Part shown: in pieces, positions 34,783 to 49,500 of the stretch
Layout: the number at the start of each line of letters is the position of its first letter
Position numbering within the stretch: position 1 is the first letter of the stretch
DNA from: Scyliorhinus canicula
Taxonomy: Eukaryota
Assembly: GCF_902713615.1 (NCBI RefSeq)
Contig: NC_052169.1
Span: forward strand, 3,994,915-4,058,914
Direction: 5' to 3'
Length of the DNA: 64,000 nucleotides
Program-made: the position numbers and the translations under genes
Notes under the pieces: generated by a model
Told to the model about the DNA's origin: nothing
Database searches by the model: none
What the model saw: the letters and a program-made list of their open reading frames with translations, nothing else

Positions 34783-35814
34783 ATTTTTTAAATAAACATT
34801 TTACTGAGGTATTTTTTGGTATTATAACAACACAATAAACAATGTACATGAAACTATAAACATAGTGCAAAAGCCGTCTCCCTCCCTTATAGTCCCACCT
34901 TTATTAACCCCCTACTCTAAGCTAAACTAATCCCCCCCCCCCTCCCCACCTTCTGCTGACAATTAATTTTCCGCGAAGAAGTCGACGAACGGCTGCCACC
35001 TCCGGGCGAACCCTAACAGTGACCCCCTCAAGGCGAACTTGATGTTCTCCAAACAGAGAAAGCTAGCCATGTCCGATTGCCAGGTCTCCGATTTCGGGGG
35101 GGCTTTGAGTCCCTCCAAGCTAATAGTATCCGTCTCCGGGATACCAGGGAAGCAAAGGCCAGAATGTCTGCCTCTTTCTCCTCCTGGATTCCTGGGTCTT
35201 CCGACACCCCGAAAATCGCCACCTGTGGACTCAGCGCCACCCTTATTTTTAACACCGTGGACATGACATCTCCAAACCCCTGCCAAAATCCCGTAAGCTT
35301 CGGACATGCCCAGAACATGTGGACATAGTTCGCTGGTCCTCCCGCACATTCTGCACATCTGTCTTCCACCCCAAAGAATCTGCTCATCAGGGCCGCTGTC
35401 ATATGAGCCGGTGAATGACCTTAAATTGTATCAGGCTGAGCCTGGCACAAGTTGTGGACGCGTTGACTCTACTCGACGTGGTCCGCCCATAGACCATCCT
35501 CTATCTCTCCTCCCACTTGCGCTTCAGATCTCAGTCTGCATCTCCTCCGACCCCATAAGTTCCTTGTAAATGTCCGAGACGCTCCCTTCTCCTACCCACC
35601 CTCTGGAAATTACCCTGCCCTGAATCCCCCTTAGTGGTAGGAAGGGGAAGATTGACACCTGTTTATGTAGGAAGTCCTGCACCTGCAGATACCTGAATTC
35701 ATTTCCCCTCGCCAACCCAAACTTCTCCTCCAGCGCCCTCGTACTCGGAAAGCTCTCCTCTATAAACATATCCCCCATCCTCTCAATCCCTGCTTTCCGA
35801 CATATCCGGAACCC
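34783..35814 (-). mobile_element. 5'-truncated L1-clade LINE
   Basis: CAECAGGPANYVHMFWACPKL...LAFASLVSRRRILLAW, homologous to the 29105-31245 copy; 14-bp TSD CTTATCCCATATGT at 34769-34782 and 35815-35828. Confidence 0.9.
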
Positions 35815-38800
35815 CTTATCCCATATGTTGATCATCCTGTATATTATTTTTTTTTCTCTAGCTAATTTGAATCCCAAATGTTTTACCGTCAGTCCTCTTT
35901 AATTGAAGTTGGGAGATTTAGTGTATGGCTTTAAGAAATGTTTCTTTGACCTGTTTCTTCATTATTTAGGTACTGAATAAAAGGAAGTCTGGTGCAGTGG
36001 GTAATGTCCCTGCCTGGGAGCCAGAAGCTTCACGTTTGAATCCCACTTCAGAACTTGAAGGCCAAGGAATAATGTGGCCAAACTAGCAACTGACAAATTC
36101 TTCCAGCAGTTGCTGATGAAAGGCAGTAAGAGCGGGAGAGATTCCTGGTCAGTCTGGTCAGTGATGGAAAGGACATTGGAGCTTCAACTTATTATTTATA
36201 ACTCTGGACCACTGCACATTGCCATAGTGATGCCTTGGTGTTTGGCTGGCTGGACATCCTGTCTTGGATTACAGAGATAGTTAGGTAGAATATAGCTATT
36301 AGGTAGAATTCATAAATAATTACAACTATAACTTTAAAATTGATGAAATGGTGAGTGGCAGAAAATGGGCCTTTTTACCCAGAAGCTCTCGCACAACTGC
36401 ACCAGGACACGGGCACACACACACACTGGGGGTTGGGCAGGGGGGGGGGGGGGGGGGGTGGGGGGAGGCACTGATTTTAATTAAAGACAGATGAACATTA
36501 ATGTGCGTTTGTACAATCCACTGGAATGTTGGAAAGGCCTTTTTTGGACACAAGTATTGATAAGGACTACCTTTTCACAATTTTAAATACTTTATTCTTT
36601 ACCAAAGGAATGTTAAAAAGGTGGTGGTAACATCTGATAATCATAATTAGATTCTAGTAGAAAGGGTTCTAGCTCAGGATATGAAAGGTTAGTGGGCTTC
36701 CAAGAGTATGAATTGAACATTATCTGATATCTTTTACAAAAGGATAGATGCTGTAAGAGTAGCCTTTTTTTATTCGTTCATAGGATGTGGGCGTCGCTGG
36801 GCCAACATTTATTACCCATCCCTGAGGGCAGTGAAGAGTCAATCACATTGCTGTGGGTTTGGAGACACATGTAGGCCAGACCGGGTAAGGACGGCAGATT
36901 TCCTTCCCTAAAGGACATTAGTGAACCAGATTGTTTTTTACAACAATGATTTCATGGTCATCCTTAGAGTTTTCATTCCAGATTTTAAAAAAATTATTAT
37001 TGAATTCAAATTGCACCATCTGCCGTGGTGGGATTGGAACCCATCTCCCCAGAGCATTGCCCTGAGTCTCGGGATTACAAGTGCAGCGACAATACCATTA
37101 CACCACTGCCTCCCCAGTGGATCTAAAAGGAAACAAAATCATTAAAAATTATAATTTCCCTGTTCAAATTTAAAAATCACTATTGAAGTATAGAAACAAG
37201 TGAAATGAATGAGGGTTGAGATTCGAACACATTGCAAACATTTATTGACCAGATCAATGCTCACAACGTTTACATAAGGCAATATTCAAGCAATAAATAA
37301 TGATCAATAATAGTGAATGATAAAGGTTAATCAAAAAAGAAGCTTAAACAATGAAGCAACATCCATAGCTGCTAAGGAGGATGTAATTTAGTTCAATGGG
37401 ATACAAGATTTGCACGGAAACATTAAACCAATCCAGTGCTTCTGAAGCTGTTGAAGAGCTTGGCCAGGTTAATAGAGCGGTTTCCGTGTCCTGCTATTCA
37501 TTCAGACAGCTAAACTACTCAGGATTTAAGGCAACACTTTGCTTTAAATATTTGATGGTTACCCCACAAGATTTTTTATTCATTTACGGGATGTGGGAGT
37601 CGCTGGCTCGGCCAGCATTTATTGCCCATCCCTAATTGCCCTTGAGAGGATGATGAGCTGCCCTGTGCAGCATTAGACTTTTTACTGGATTCTATATTAA
37701 AACCAAGATAATATTTTCTATCTTTGTAGTTTTTAATGTTGCGATATCGTTATCCACTTTGAACAGAATTGCATATTACAGTTCTTTAGTAAACTTGAAA
37801 ATAATTTAGTAAAATATAACATCTCACATAGTATACTGTGTGCAACTTTGAGGACCCCCTCTTGTATCCTCCTTTTTAAGAAAGAAAATTTCCAATTCAG
37901 GGGCAATTTAGCATGGCCAATTCACCTACCCTGCACATCTCTGGGTTGTGGGGGTGAGGCCCACGCAGACACGGGAAAAATGTGCAAACTTCAGATGGAC
38001 AGTGACCCGGGGCTAGGATCGAATCCAGGTCCTCGGCACGTGAGGCAGCAGTGCTAACCACTGCGCCATCATGCCTCTCGTATGCTTCCTGAAGTGGAGA
38101 GTTACAATGTTTTGAAGAGAGACCTTCCACCGTTAAAATACCTGGATCAGCATAGTTAGCACTGCTGCCTCACGCAACCAAATACCCAGGTTTGATCCCG
38201 GCCCCGGGTCACTCCATGTGGAGTTTGCACATTCTCCATGGGTCTCACTCCCAAAACCCAAAGATGTAGGTGGGTAGGTGGATTGGTCAAGCTAAATTGC
38301 CCCTTAATTGAAAAAATAATAATATCTGGATAATTATATGCACCCTGGCTGATAATAATTCATAAAGGGTATCTGGAAGAAGGTAATGTGCCTTGAGGGA
38401 GAAATGGTTCACTTGCTTAGACCCAAATCAAGTGTCTGCAGCAAATTACTCTTTTAAACTCAGGTGAAGGTGATTATTAAGGGGGTGCTTCTGACCTGGG
38501 ATGGCTCCAACAAGGAGTTAGGGATATAATTCACTTCAAGACCATGTAGATGAGATTGGTGCCACTGAGTTTGATCCCTATTCCGGTGGGAGTGGATTCG
38601 GGACATGTCTTCTGCCCCTAACCAAGGTGGAGATTTTGGTGCTGTGGGATCTGCCTTTGGGCCGAGAACTGAAGATGTAAGAAGCTGAATAAAGTTCTCT
38701 ACTTGTAGAACTTTCACAAATAAACACCAGCCCCACTGAAGAAACAAATAAGGTGCTGAATTGATGTTACTGAAAACATGTTTTTTAAAATTTAGAGTAC

Positions 38801-40929
38801 CCAATTCATTTTTTCCAATTAAGGGGCAATTTAGCGTGGCCAATCCACCTACCCTGCACATCTTTGGGTTGTGGGGGCGAAACCCAGGCAAACACAGGGA
38901 CAATGTGCAAACTCCACACGGACAGTGACCCAGAAGTGGGATCGAACCTGGGACCTCGGCACCGTGAGGCTGCAGTGCTAACCCACTGCGCCATCCTGCT
39001 GCTCTTATGTTACTGAAAACATAACTTGCATCAGCTGAAGTATTAAAGAGTGGCTTAAGGGAAGACATTGTCTACAAAGATTGCAAATATCTTCCTTGTG
39101 AGGAACTGGCACAAACCGAACAATATTATTTTTATAACAAAATGCTGGAGAAACTCAGCAAGTCTTGCAGCATCTGTAGAGAGAGAGAAGCAGAGTATAT
39201 TTCCAGTCTACATTTGGAGAGAGTAAATGCTCATAGCTAGGAATTAGGTTCAGCAAATTAAAAGCCAAACACAACCAATGTTTATGGTTAATGAACAGGA
39301 TGGCAGGAATATTAGATTAATTACTGGATGGTTCTCTCAAGGTACATAACAGCAAGTAACTAAAACGCTGGATTGAACCAGAAGGAGCTCCCCTTCTATA
39401 CACTTGGACTTGCCAGGTTAAAACTTTAAAAAGGTCGGAATAGGAATGTTAAGGCAGAACTTCAAAGAAGGACCGAGGAAACAGCCCAATAAAGGGACAT
39501 GAAATTTAAAACCACAATTCGCACAAAGCAAAGCACAGCGTAAATAAATCAACCATTTTCCCAAAGGGAAATACAAGTGCCCAGGTGTTACAAAAGCTCA
39601 AGTCAAAATTCAGCTCAACTCATTTATAGGAGCCAGAAATTCAATACTGCAGGGAAACTCACCGAGAGAGAAATATGGTGACACCAGCTGAAAGGCAAAA
39701 GGATCGTTCACTCTGAAGTAAGAACTGCAGGAATTAAAGGACTCCAGGCAAAGCCAAGTTGGAACAGGAACTGAAATACCCCAAACATCCGAGTGAAACA
39801 GATCATGCTCGTCTGTTTTTCTCAGATCCCCGTGCAGGAAACATCTCCGAGGACAAACAGCGTCAGTAAACCGAACCGAAATTCACAAAGGCAGAGAAAG
39901 TTAGGAAGGTTGCAGCCAGCTGAGGAAATTGTCGCTGTCCTCGTCAGGAGCAGCCTGGGAAGCTCCTCCCATCAGAGGGAGGGTTCACATTACCAAAACC
40001 TCAGGGTAGGACCAGCACCAATATCCACCATGTGATGACACCTGGAAATATTTTCTCTAAAAGAGGATCACAACTAAATGTAGACCAGGAGTTGAATATT
40101 CTGACTGACAACAATCCAATGTGTCACAAAATTGACGCAAATACCCCAGAAAAATAGAGGGAGAGCTCAGGGGGAATATCAACACCAACTGGCACCAAAC
40201 GTCAGATAAACCCCGCCTGATGCATTTCCAAAATATTTTGCAATCCCAAGATTGTAAACATGCTGGAGGATGCAAACCAATACAGGTTAAGAGTAAACAC
40301 TGAGACAAGAGTCAAGGAAAGCACAAGAAACTATATCTAAAGGATAGGTCCAAATCACTCCATGTACTGATGGCAAAATCCAAGATATTCCCAACAGGTA
40401 AGCCACAGAGGGAAATCTATTAAAATGAAACCATGTTAAAGATATCTGGTAATGAATAAACCCAAGGAAAGTTAGGTGGTGTCTTTGAATTTAGAGGCAC
40501 ATGATTGTCAGTTTTCCAGCAAGAACATTGTTTCCTATATCCTATTATTTCCCGGGATAAGCCTTCTGATACTGTGTCAACACCTTCATTCTTGATTTTA
40601 CTCTTTAGCAAATCCCCATTTGCTGGACTCTGTAAACACTTTGCTTCAGGTGAAAGTTTTTTTCGTTGTTTGAAATCTCACTCCAATGACCCAAGAATGT
40701 CAATCTCTTCTCCTCTTGTGCTACAGCCAAGGGCTGCCCTTCATAATCTTCCTCTACTTAACCTGTGCATTATGTGGCACAGCCCCTATCCAGAGATTAC
40801 CTTCCTTCTGGCCTTATTTTTCAGTCCATATAACGCCTTAAATTTCCCATGGAAGTCCTCTCGGAGCATGCTGATGTTATTTGGGAGGGTATCCTAACTT
40901 GGAAGACTGGTTCATGGGGGTGTATAGAT

Positions 40930-41608
40930 TTAGTACAGCACAGTACAGGCCCTTCAGCCCACAATGTTGTGCTGACCATTTATCCTAATCTAAGATCAAC
41001 CTAACCTACACCCCTTCAGTTTACTGCTGTCCATGTGCCTGCCAAAGAGTCGCTTAAATGTCCCTAATGACTCTGACTTCACCACCTCTTTGCTGGCAGT
41101 GCATTCCACACACCCACTACTCTCTGTGTAAAGAACCTACCTCTGACATCTCCCCTATACCTTCCTCCAATCACCTTAAAATTATGTCCCCTCGTGACAG
41201 TCATTTCCACCCTGGGGAAAAGTCTCTGGCTATCAACTCTATCCATGCCTCTCATCACCTTGTACACTTCTATCAAGTCACTTCTCTGCCTTCTTCGCTC
41301 CAGTAAGAAAAGTCCTAGCTCCCTCAACCTTTCTTCATAAGACATGCCCTCCAGTCCAGGCAGCATCCTGGTAAATCTTCTTTGTGCCCTCTCCAAAGCA
41401 TCCACATCCTTCATATAATCCTTCATATAATGAGGCAACCAGAACTGAACACAATATTCCAGGTGTGGTCTAACTAGAGTTTTATAAAGCTGCAGCAAAA
41501 CCTTGCGGCTCTTAAACTCAATCCCCCTGTTAATGAAAGCCAACACACCATATCAACCTGGGTGGCAACTTTGAGGGATCTATGTACGTGGACCCCAAGA
41601 TCCCTCTT
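40930..41608 (-). mobile_element. CR1 LINE 3' fragment
   Basis: [35 protein letters not shown]...RFFTQRVVGVWNALP. Confidence 0.9.
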
Positions 41609-42704
41609 TTGTTTTGGTGTTTGGAGACAAGTGAAACTCCAGTGAGAATAAACAGCCCAGTCGTCGTGTAGCAATCATTAAAAGACTGATTATTAAAGAA
41701 AAGACAAATACACACACAAACAGGACCACTCCACTCTCATGCAATTAAGATGTATAAATTACTAAACATACAGTTTCTATAGAATGTACCCTTGTTACAA
41801 TATACAACACCTGAACTCTGTAGGACTTCCCCTGTTTCCCAAACAACATCCAAATTGAATAACCAGCTATAGTTACCACAATGTAGGGAGAATACCCAAA
41901 TCTGGGAACTGTCTTTTTCCTGGCCCAGCAAAGATATTTTAAAACTGCTGTTATGAAGGTTTTCTGCACTGCCTTGGATCTAAGCCTTAGAAGCTTTTTT
42001 GTTTGCTGTAAACTTGGCCTTCAGGCTTGGTGGCTGGAAAGTGGCCTGTCCGCTTTCTGAGACTGCTAGATGATAATTGCCTCTCCTAGCTTCTCAGGGT
42101 CTGGGCAATTATACCTTTGTTGCACTTTGATTATGCCATCTGTGTATTTGGCCGTCAGCCCCTATCAACTTCCTTAACTTATATTAACATATGTATATCT
42201 CAGGGACCTTCCCAATTGTCTATAATCTGTTTCTCATCCGCAAGATAGTCACACTTATTATCTAAACTGCCTTTCTAAACTCATTACCGAGAGAGACGCA
42301 GTCCAATTAAGGCCCTTTGAATACTCTACTGTGGTCGCCAGGCAGATTCATGATTCTTGACTCCTCAAATAAACTTAATTTTATTGGGTTCAATGTGTGC
42401 TTCTTTGGCTGCTCTCCCTTGTATCATGGAAAGATTTTCTGCCAGTTCTGTAATGTCCTCCACCCTGGCAACATGGGAAACATTTTATTTTCATTTACGG
42501 GATGTACCATTCAGCACTCTCAATGACCACTGAAAAAGGCTGCATATTCTACTAACCACAAATCTTTCCACTAATGCCATTCTCTTGTTAATGTAATCCA
42601 TCCACAGTCATAGCTCTGCTGACAGCACTCTTAACTCTGAGGTTTTGTCCCTTAATTGGAGGGGAAAAAAATAATTGGGTATTCTAAATTTATATTTAAA
42701 AAAA

Positions 42705-42962
42705 AACTTACTTCACAGTGTCAAGGACCCGGGTTCGATTCCCGGCTTGGGTCACTGTCTGCGCGGTGTCTGCACGTTCTCCCCGTATCTGCGTGGGTTT
42801 CCTCCGGGTGCTCCGGTTTCCTCCCACAAGTCCCGAAAGACGTGCTTGTTAGGTGAATTGGACATTCTGAATTTTCTCTCAGTGTGGCAACTAAGGGATT
42901 TTCACAATAACTTCATTGCAGTGTTGTGTCACTTGTGACACTAATAAAGATCATTTATTATT
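42705..42962 (+). mobile_element. HE1-head SINE with TTATT tail
   Basis: Same subfamily as 3905-4206, 50107-50385 and 55997-56280. Confidence 0.75.
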
Positions 42963-43749
42963 GCTGGGTACAAGGAGGGGAGGCTGTATTGAACTGTTGA
43001 AGCCTCGTAAGGGAATAAACACGCAGGTGCTGACCTACCCTCAGCTCTACTCAGGTAACTCGTATTGCAAATGATTGCTGAACTGCTGAACGTTAGGAGG
43101 AAATCTCAGCAGTCATCCACTTTTAAACCTTGTGAATCTCCTCTCACCTACTAACAGGATATATGATTCTTGGGAACAAGACCAATAAAACATTTTTACT
43201 AAACTATAACTAACCATACTGTAGTCTGAAGTCTACAGCAGTGTTTCATCATGAACTGAGCTTTCTGGGTGAGTGGCTATTCAAACAAAAGGGACAGAAT
43301 TGTTGGGGGTTGGGGGGGGGGGGGGGGGGGGGCAGTCATAGACAATCGCAGCCACAGTTTGGATTCATACACGCAGATTCTCTTCTCACTAATTGTTCAT
43401 GAAGTTGCCATAATTGATACTAAATCCGGATGTGTTTTATAAAGCCTATATCCTTAAAGACACAAGATGGGAACAAAGAACATATGGAATAGAGGCATGA
43501 ATTGGTCTCACGTCTGTTCTATTCAAAAACTATCCCGAATAGTTGAGCTGCAGAGAGACAGGAGGAAGGAGCGAATGGATGCAGTAACAGGAGTGCGGTC
43601 ACTAGCTCCCAGATGTGGGTTTCATTTATCTCTGGGGGATTTATCAGAAAAGTCTCCAAACCGTAAAGAGCAGAACTGGGGAAGCGACATTTCAGAGAGA
43701 TGTTCCTGTTACTCTCCCCTGGTTCCTGTTCCTGGCCCCGGACTTTCAG

Positions 43750-44080
43750 CTCCCCACCCTGTCTGTCTGGCTGGCTGGCTCATCTGAACATTTCCCCAGC
43801 TGGGCTGCGGGGTGATCACCGGGGCTGCTCCTTTTGAAGGGAGTGCCTGGGCCGGTGGCCCGGAGCAGCAGCAGCTCCAAGCTGGGCAGAGAGAGTGGCC
43901 CAGCCCGGTCACTGGGAGTGGGAGACATTGAAGAAATAAGAAGCAAGTTTTTAAAAAAGTTTAACGCTTAAAATAAAACAAGCTCCAAAACTTTACTGAC
44001 CTGAGCACAACTTACACGGAAGTAGGGGCGAGAGAGAGGTTCCGGAAAGTTGCTCTACAGAGCCGCCTGTTGCTGCAGTT
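43750..44080 (-). promoter_or_regulatory. Candidate CIB1 promoter and non-coding 5' exons
   Basis: Local GC/CpG enrichment and ETS-like CGGAAGT/TTCCGGAA motifs (44017-44048). On the minus strand there is a CAG|GTCAGT donor at 44001/44000 and a long pyrimidine tract with CAG acceptor at 43912/43911 (89-nt intron). The CIB1 ATG exon has a strong acceptor at 33325/33324. Confidence 0.5.
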
Positions 44081-45649
44081 ACAACTTCACATGAAGCAAA
44101 CTGACTCACTGCTGAAAACAATCCCGAAACCCCATCATGGGAACATGACACCAACTCAGGAGGAATCAGGGCAGGACAACAATCACCTCCATCCCAACAA
44201 CAGCAAGACGATTATCACATTCGAGAGGCCACAGAGGGGATTTCCAGGCATGTTGCCAGGAATGGAGAATTGTAATATTAGGAAAGGGTGGATGAGAGTC
44301 ATAGAATCCCCACAGTACAGAACGAGGCCATTCTGTCCATCGAGTGTGTACCGACCCTCCAAAAGAGCACTCTACCCAGGTCCACACCCTGTAACCTAAC
44401 CTGCATATCCTTGATATTAAGGAGCAATTTTACCACGGCCAATCCACCTAACCTGCACATCTTTGGACTGTGGGAGGAAACCGCAGCACCCGGAGGAAAC
44501 CCACGCAGACACGGGGAGCAAGTGCAGACTCCGCACAGACAATGACACAAAGCCGGAACTGTACCCAGGTCCCTGGAACTGTGATTTGCCATTTTATTTG
44601 AAACTGAGGAGACACTTAAATGAGGTGTATAAAGTTATCCAGGCTTTAATGAGGGGGGGGGGGGGGGGGGGAGGGGGGAGAGGGAGGGGGGAGGGGGGGG
44701 GGGGAGGCCACTGGAGCCTTCGGAACGCACCTGAACCCCAAAAATATCACCCATGAGTGAAGAGCGATCTTGAAGTGAGGAAAGAAACACTCAACCAGGC
44801 AGTATCAGAGAAAGGTAGGGTGAACATTTCAGGTCAATGTCCTTTCCCCAGAACTGAAAAAAACCCGTGGGGTCTGAATCATGAACTGAGTTTCATCCAC
44901 TCTCCACACATGTTGCCCGACCTGCTAAATGATGCCAGCATTTTCCATTTCAGATTTCCAGCACCTTCAATATTTTGCTTTTAGTTTTAAAGAAAGGTTT
45001 GAAGGCTGTTGCCCAGTTATGGAGTGCCAGTTGTGGGACACATTATGAAAAGTTGAAAGTTTCAGCAGTAATAAAAAGTTCATGAAGGTAAGTTTACAAG
45101 AGAAACAAAATGCCAAGGGAACCATCCAGATGGCATAGCTTGTGACCAAATCAAATTGGCACAGCAGAATTAATTGGAATTCCAACATAATTTCTAATGG
45201 GAAAGCGTGTGACCAAAAATAGTAAATTTCATTTATGGAGAGGAAATTCAGACCTGATGCAATACTTTGATATATGAACAGACGACAGAATCTACAAAAC
45301 ACTGAAAAGCGTGGGATCCTGATGCAGGTTATCTGCACAGCAAGTTTCTTTAAGTGGACAAATAAATACATCAACTCTCATCGTAATTCCATGATAGTGC
45401 CATGACTGGCGACAGGGGCCTCAGCAAAGGCAGCATGGTGGCACAGCGGTTAGCACTTCTGCCTCACAGGGGCAATTTAGCATGGCCAATCCACCTAACC
45501 TGCACATCTTTGGGTTGTGGGGGCGAAACCCACGCAGACACGAGGAGAATGTGCAAACTCCACACGGACAGTGACCCGGGGCCAGGATCGAACCCGGGTC
45601 CTCGATACCCTGAGGCAGCAGTGCTAACCATTGAGCCACCATGGCGCGC

Positions 45650-46545
45650 TAAATGCTTTTTAAATGTTGTGCGGATTTCCCCTCTACCACCCTTTCAGGC
45701 AGCAAGTTCGAGATTCCCACCACCCTCTGGATGAATAGGTTTTTCATCAGATCCCCTGTAAATCTCCTGCTCCTTACCTTAAATCTATGAGTGATTGACC
45801 GCTCTACTAAGGGGAAAAGATTCCCCCTATGTATCCTTTCTATGTCTTTCAATTTTATACACCTTGATGAGGACCCTACCTTCTCTGCTGCAAGGAAAAC
45901 AACCCCAGCCTATTCAGTCTCTCTTCATAGCTGAAAAGCTCCAGTCCAGGCAACGTCCTGGTGAATCTTCTCTGCACCCTCTCCACTGCAATCACACCCT
46001 CCTTATAGCGTGGCGACCAGAACTGCACTGTACTCTAGCTGTGATGTAACAAGCGTTTTATCCAGCTCCGTCATAACCTTCCAGCTCTTGTATTCTATGC
46101 CTCAGCTAATGAAGGCAAGTATCCCATGTCTTCCTAACCACCTTATCTACATATCCTTCAGGAATCTTTGGACACTCACTCCAAGGTCCCTCTGGTCCCC
46201 TGTACTTCCTAGGGTCTTATGTTCATTGTATATTCCCTTGACTTCCTCGTTCTCCCAAAATGCATCACCTCACTTTTCAGGGTTAAATTCCATTTGCCCC
46301 TGTTCTGTCCATCCAAAATCATCCTGTAATCTTAAGGCTTTCCTCCTCACTACCACACCACCAATTTGCAGGTCACCTGTGAACTTACTGATCATGTCCA
46401 CCACTGGACAGACTTCCAGTCACCAAACCGATCTTTGACCATCACTCTCTGCCCCCTGCCAGTGAGCCAATTTTGGATCAAATTTGCAAAATTGCCCTGG
46501 ATCCCATGGGTTCTTAGCTTCTTCATTAGTCTCCCGTGCAGGACC
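45650..46545 (-). mobile_element. Degenerate CR1 LINE fragment
   Basis: LFIQRVVGISNLLPERVVE, with nucleotide similarity to other CR1 copies. Confidence 0.75.
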
Positions 46546-49500
46546 TTGTGCTCCTAATTCATATGTACGTATGCATTTTTGTAAATATAATTCACTCAGT
46601 TTTATTTATATAAATTTAGAGTACCCAATTTATTTTTTCCAATTAAAGAGCAATTTAGCGTGGCCAATCCACCAATCCACATTTTTGGGTTGTGGGGGTG
46701 AAACCCACGCAGACACGGGGAGAATGTGCAACCTCCACACGGACAGTGACCCAGAGCCGGGATCGAACCTGAGACCTCAGCGCCGTGAGGCAGCAATGCT
46801 AATCACTGTGCCACCATACTGCCCATTCACTCTAACTATATAATAAGAAATTGTAGCAGTAAACATCAGTTCATTTAATTTCACACAAAGTTGAGAACAT
46901 CATACAGAAAAGTGCGATTGAAGGTACCCAGCCCGACTACATTTTGATTCCTTTAATATTTTTCAAGTATTCATCCAGTTTCCTGGTCAATGTTGTGGTA
47001 GATTCTTTGGTCTTTTCGACTGTAAACCAGGTCTTTTCTCAGGTGGGGGTATCCACTGTTGAAGACGAGCAGGAGCGATCTCCCAAATCTCCTGAGCTAT
47101 TATTGAACATGCAGCAAAATCACAACGGACGAGCAGACCAATAGCGGAGTGTTGTTTCTGGGCATCTCCGCTGTGAAAACTGGCAGCTGCGTTTCCAACG
47201 TTGCAACAATGCCCACAATTTAAAAGTACTTCATCTGCTGTAAAATGCTCCGTGACGTCCTGAGGTTGCGAAGGGCACCATAGAAATACAGGTCTTGCTT
47301 TCAAGGTCCCGCTGGTGGAATGTATTCCACATCCGAACAGCATCGGACAGGAATTTTCTTTCTAATTGTCCATCATTGTTATTTTCTCACGTTGCAAAAA
47401 CTTAATGTGACACAAAACAGAAATCAGCGATTCAACAGATGGCGCAATAGTTCAGAGTCACATTTCAAAAACAAAGTTAACACGAGCCTTCCTTCCTCTG
47501 GAAGATCGGAATGATTCATCTCTTCTGAAAACAGTTTGTTTTCCCATTCTCCAGTTTTTATGTAAACTTCAGTCAGTGATGTTATTTCCCCAACCGTGAC
47601 TGCAAGCAACTCATTGAGATTTCAGAGAAATGACCACACAGGTGGCTTCTTTCTGCTGTCATTGGAGTCATCCACCCCAACTCTTTATCTGCTCTGTGTT
47701 CTACAGTTTTCCAATCGATGTTGAAGCACAATTTTCCAAACAAGATCCAAAAGTCACTCAGTGTACCTCGTTGTTTCAGAGTCACTGCAAAAAGTTATTA
47801 CACATCAGGAAGCGTCAACAGGTGGAGCATAGAGCTCATCGCCTGAACACAGAATTCCCTCTTTCCCTCCAAACACACCGATTCATGCTGGGAATCTGTT
47901 TTTCAACTTCAAGCTGCGCTTCGCCCACAACTGACCACTCAAGCAGGAGCTTAAATCATATTGCGAGGCTGTTCAACAATGGGGAGCAGGGTTGCCGTAG
48001 TGCTGAGGTCATCCAGCCTCCACCCATCAGATGTCCACATGCATGTCTTTTCCAAAAGAGGTCAATAGATAGATGAAAAACTCAGAGGGCCGTCACGATT
48101 TCTGTCCTTGGTAAGCATTTAGCCACCCAAGCACCACATATGTCTTGATCATTTAAAGAAAACGGCACACTTGAGTTCAAAATAAACGTAAACACAAAAG
48201 GTCCAGCCAGTATTTTGCTATTTTTCCCATAATCCAGAAGGAGGTTTGCACATCAATGGAGTGAGAAACAGGATGAAAGGGTCGGGAGCAAAATATCACG
48301 GATGCTGAACTATCAGAAATAAAAACAGAAAATACTGGAAATATTTGGCTGGTCTTAGGAATGTTTGTGGATCTATATTCAGGAGTCGAGAAGAACGAGA
48401 GATGATCTCAGGATTCTGAAGGGGCTTCAAAAGAGGTTCTTTTGCCTTTGCTGGGTTATCTCGAACACGAGGGAACAGTCCAAGGATGAGGGGCCAATCA
48501 TTTAGGACCGAGGTCCCGTCACTCAAGGGTTGTGACTCTTTGGATTTCTCTGCCCCAGATGGTTGTCGATGCTCCATTGTTGAATATATTTAAGGCTGAG
48601 ATCGGCAGATTTCGGTCATTCAGGGAATCAAAAGAACAGCGAGAAAGTGGATTTGAGACATGATCATATTGAATGAAGGAGCAGGCTCATGAGGACATAA
48701 AGTCTGTTCCTGCTGTTAACAGAGTTAAGGTTCCAGATTTATTTCTCTCTGCAGATGCTGAATGTTTTCGGTATCTGCTGCTTCTATTTCAGATGTCCGT
48801 CAGCCATAGCATTTAAGTGTGACATTGCTGTCTGGCTATGTCCAGAGCTGGTGAGAATAGCATCTGTGCAAGATTAGTGCAAACGAGAAGACAATATAAC
48901 AATTGCTGCATTTTAAAGCTGTTCGTTATTCGGCGATAGCCAAGATGGGCTTGATCAAAATCTTCCTTGGATGTTTTAATTGTCTTTCAGATACTTATTT
49001 TTGACAAATTGACCTGAATTTTCTACTTTTTATGCTGTTAGTCAAATGTTTGAAGATATTACACCTTGTTGGATGAGGTGTAAATAGACTTTTACGGTTT
49101 ACTCTTGTTTTAGTGAGCACCTGATCAATTTTCGAATCCAATCTACGTTTTGCTACAAAGGCAAACTACGGTGGATGCTGGACATCTGAAATAAAATCAA
49201 AGAGTGCTGGAAAAACTCAGCAGATCTGGGAGGCAACTGTGGCGAGAAAGTGGATTCCAATAAGACTCTTCTTTGGAACACTGAGGGAGCAGTTTTCATT
49301 TCCAGACTAGGCATGCACCTTAGTCATCAAATGAATAGATTCATTTTAGTTTAAAATGCACCTTATACATTATAGAATCCCTACAGTTCAGAAGGAGGCC
49401 ATTCAGCCCATCCGGTCTGTACCAGCCCTCTGAAACAGCACCCTACCAAGGCGCAGACCCCACACTATCCTCGTCACCCCAAATACGGACAATTTATTAT

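Noticed and set aside
39448-42473. Two possible solo LTRs (about 39448-40397 and 41610-42473) with TG...CA ends
   Set aside because: No convincing TSD, second copy or internal gag/pol remnant; cannot be supported without a repeat library.
43313-44705. Long G homopolymers as functional G-quadruplex elements
   Set aside because: Such G/C runs occur throughout the window, mostly in repeats. Their lengths are error-prone in assemblies and there is no specific evidence of function.
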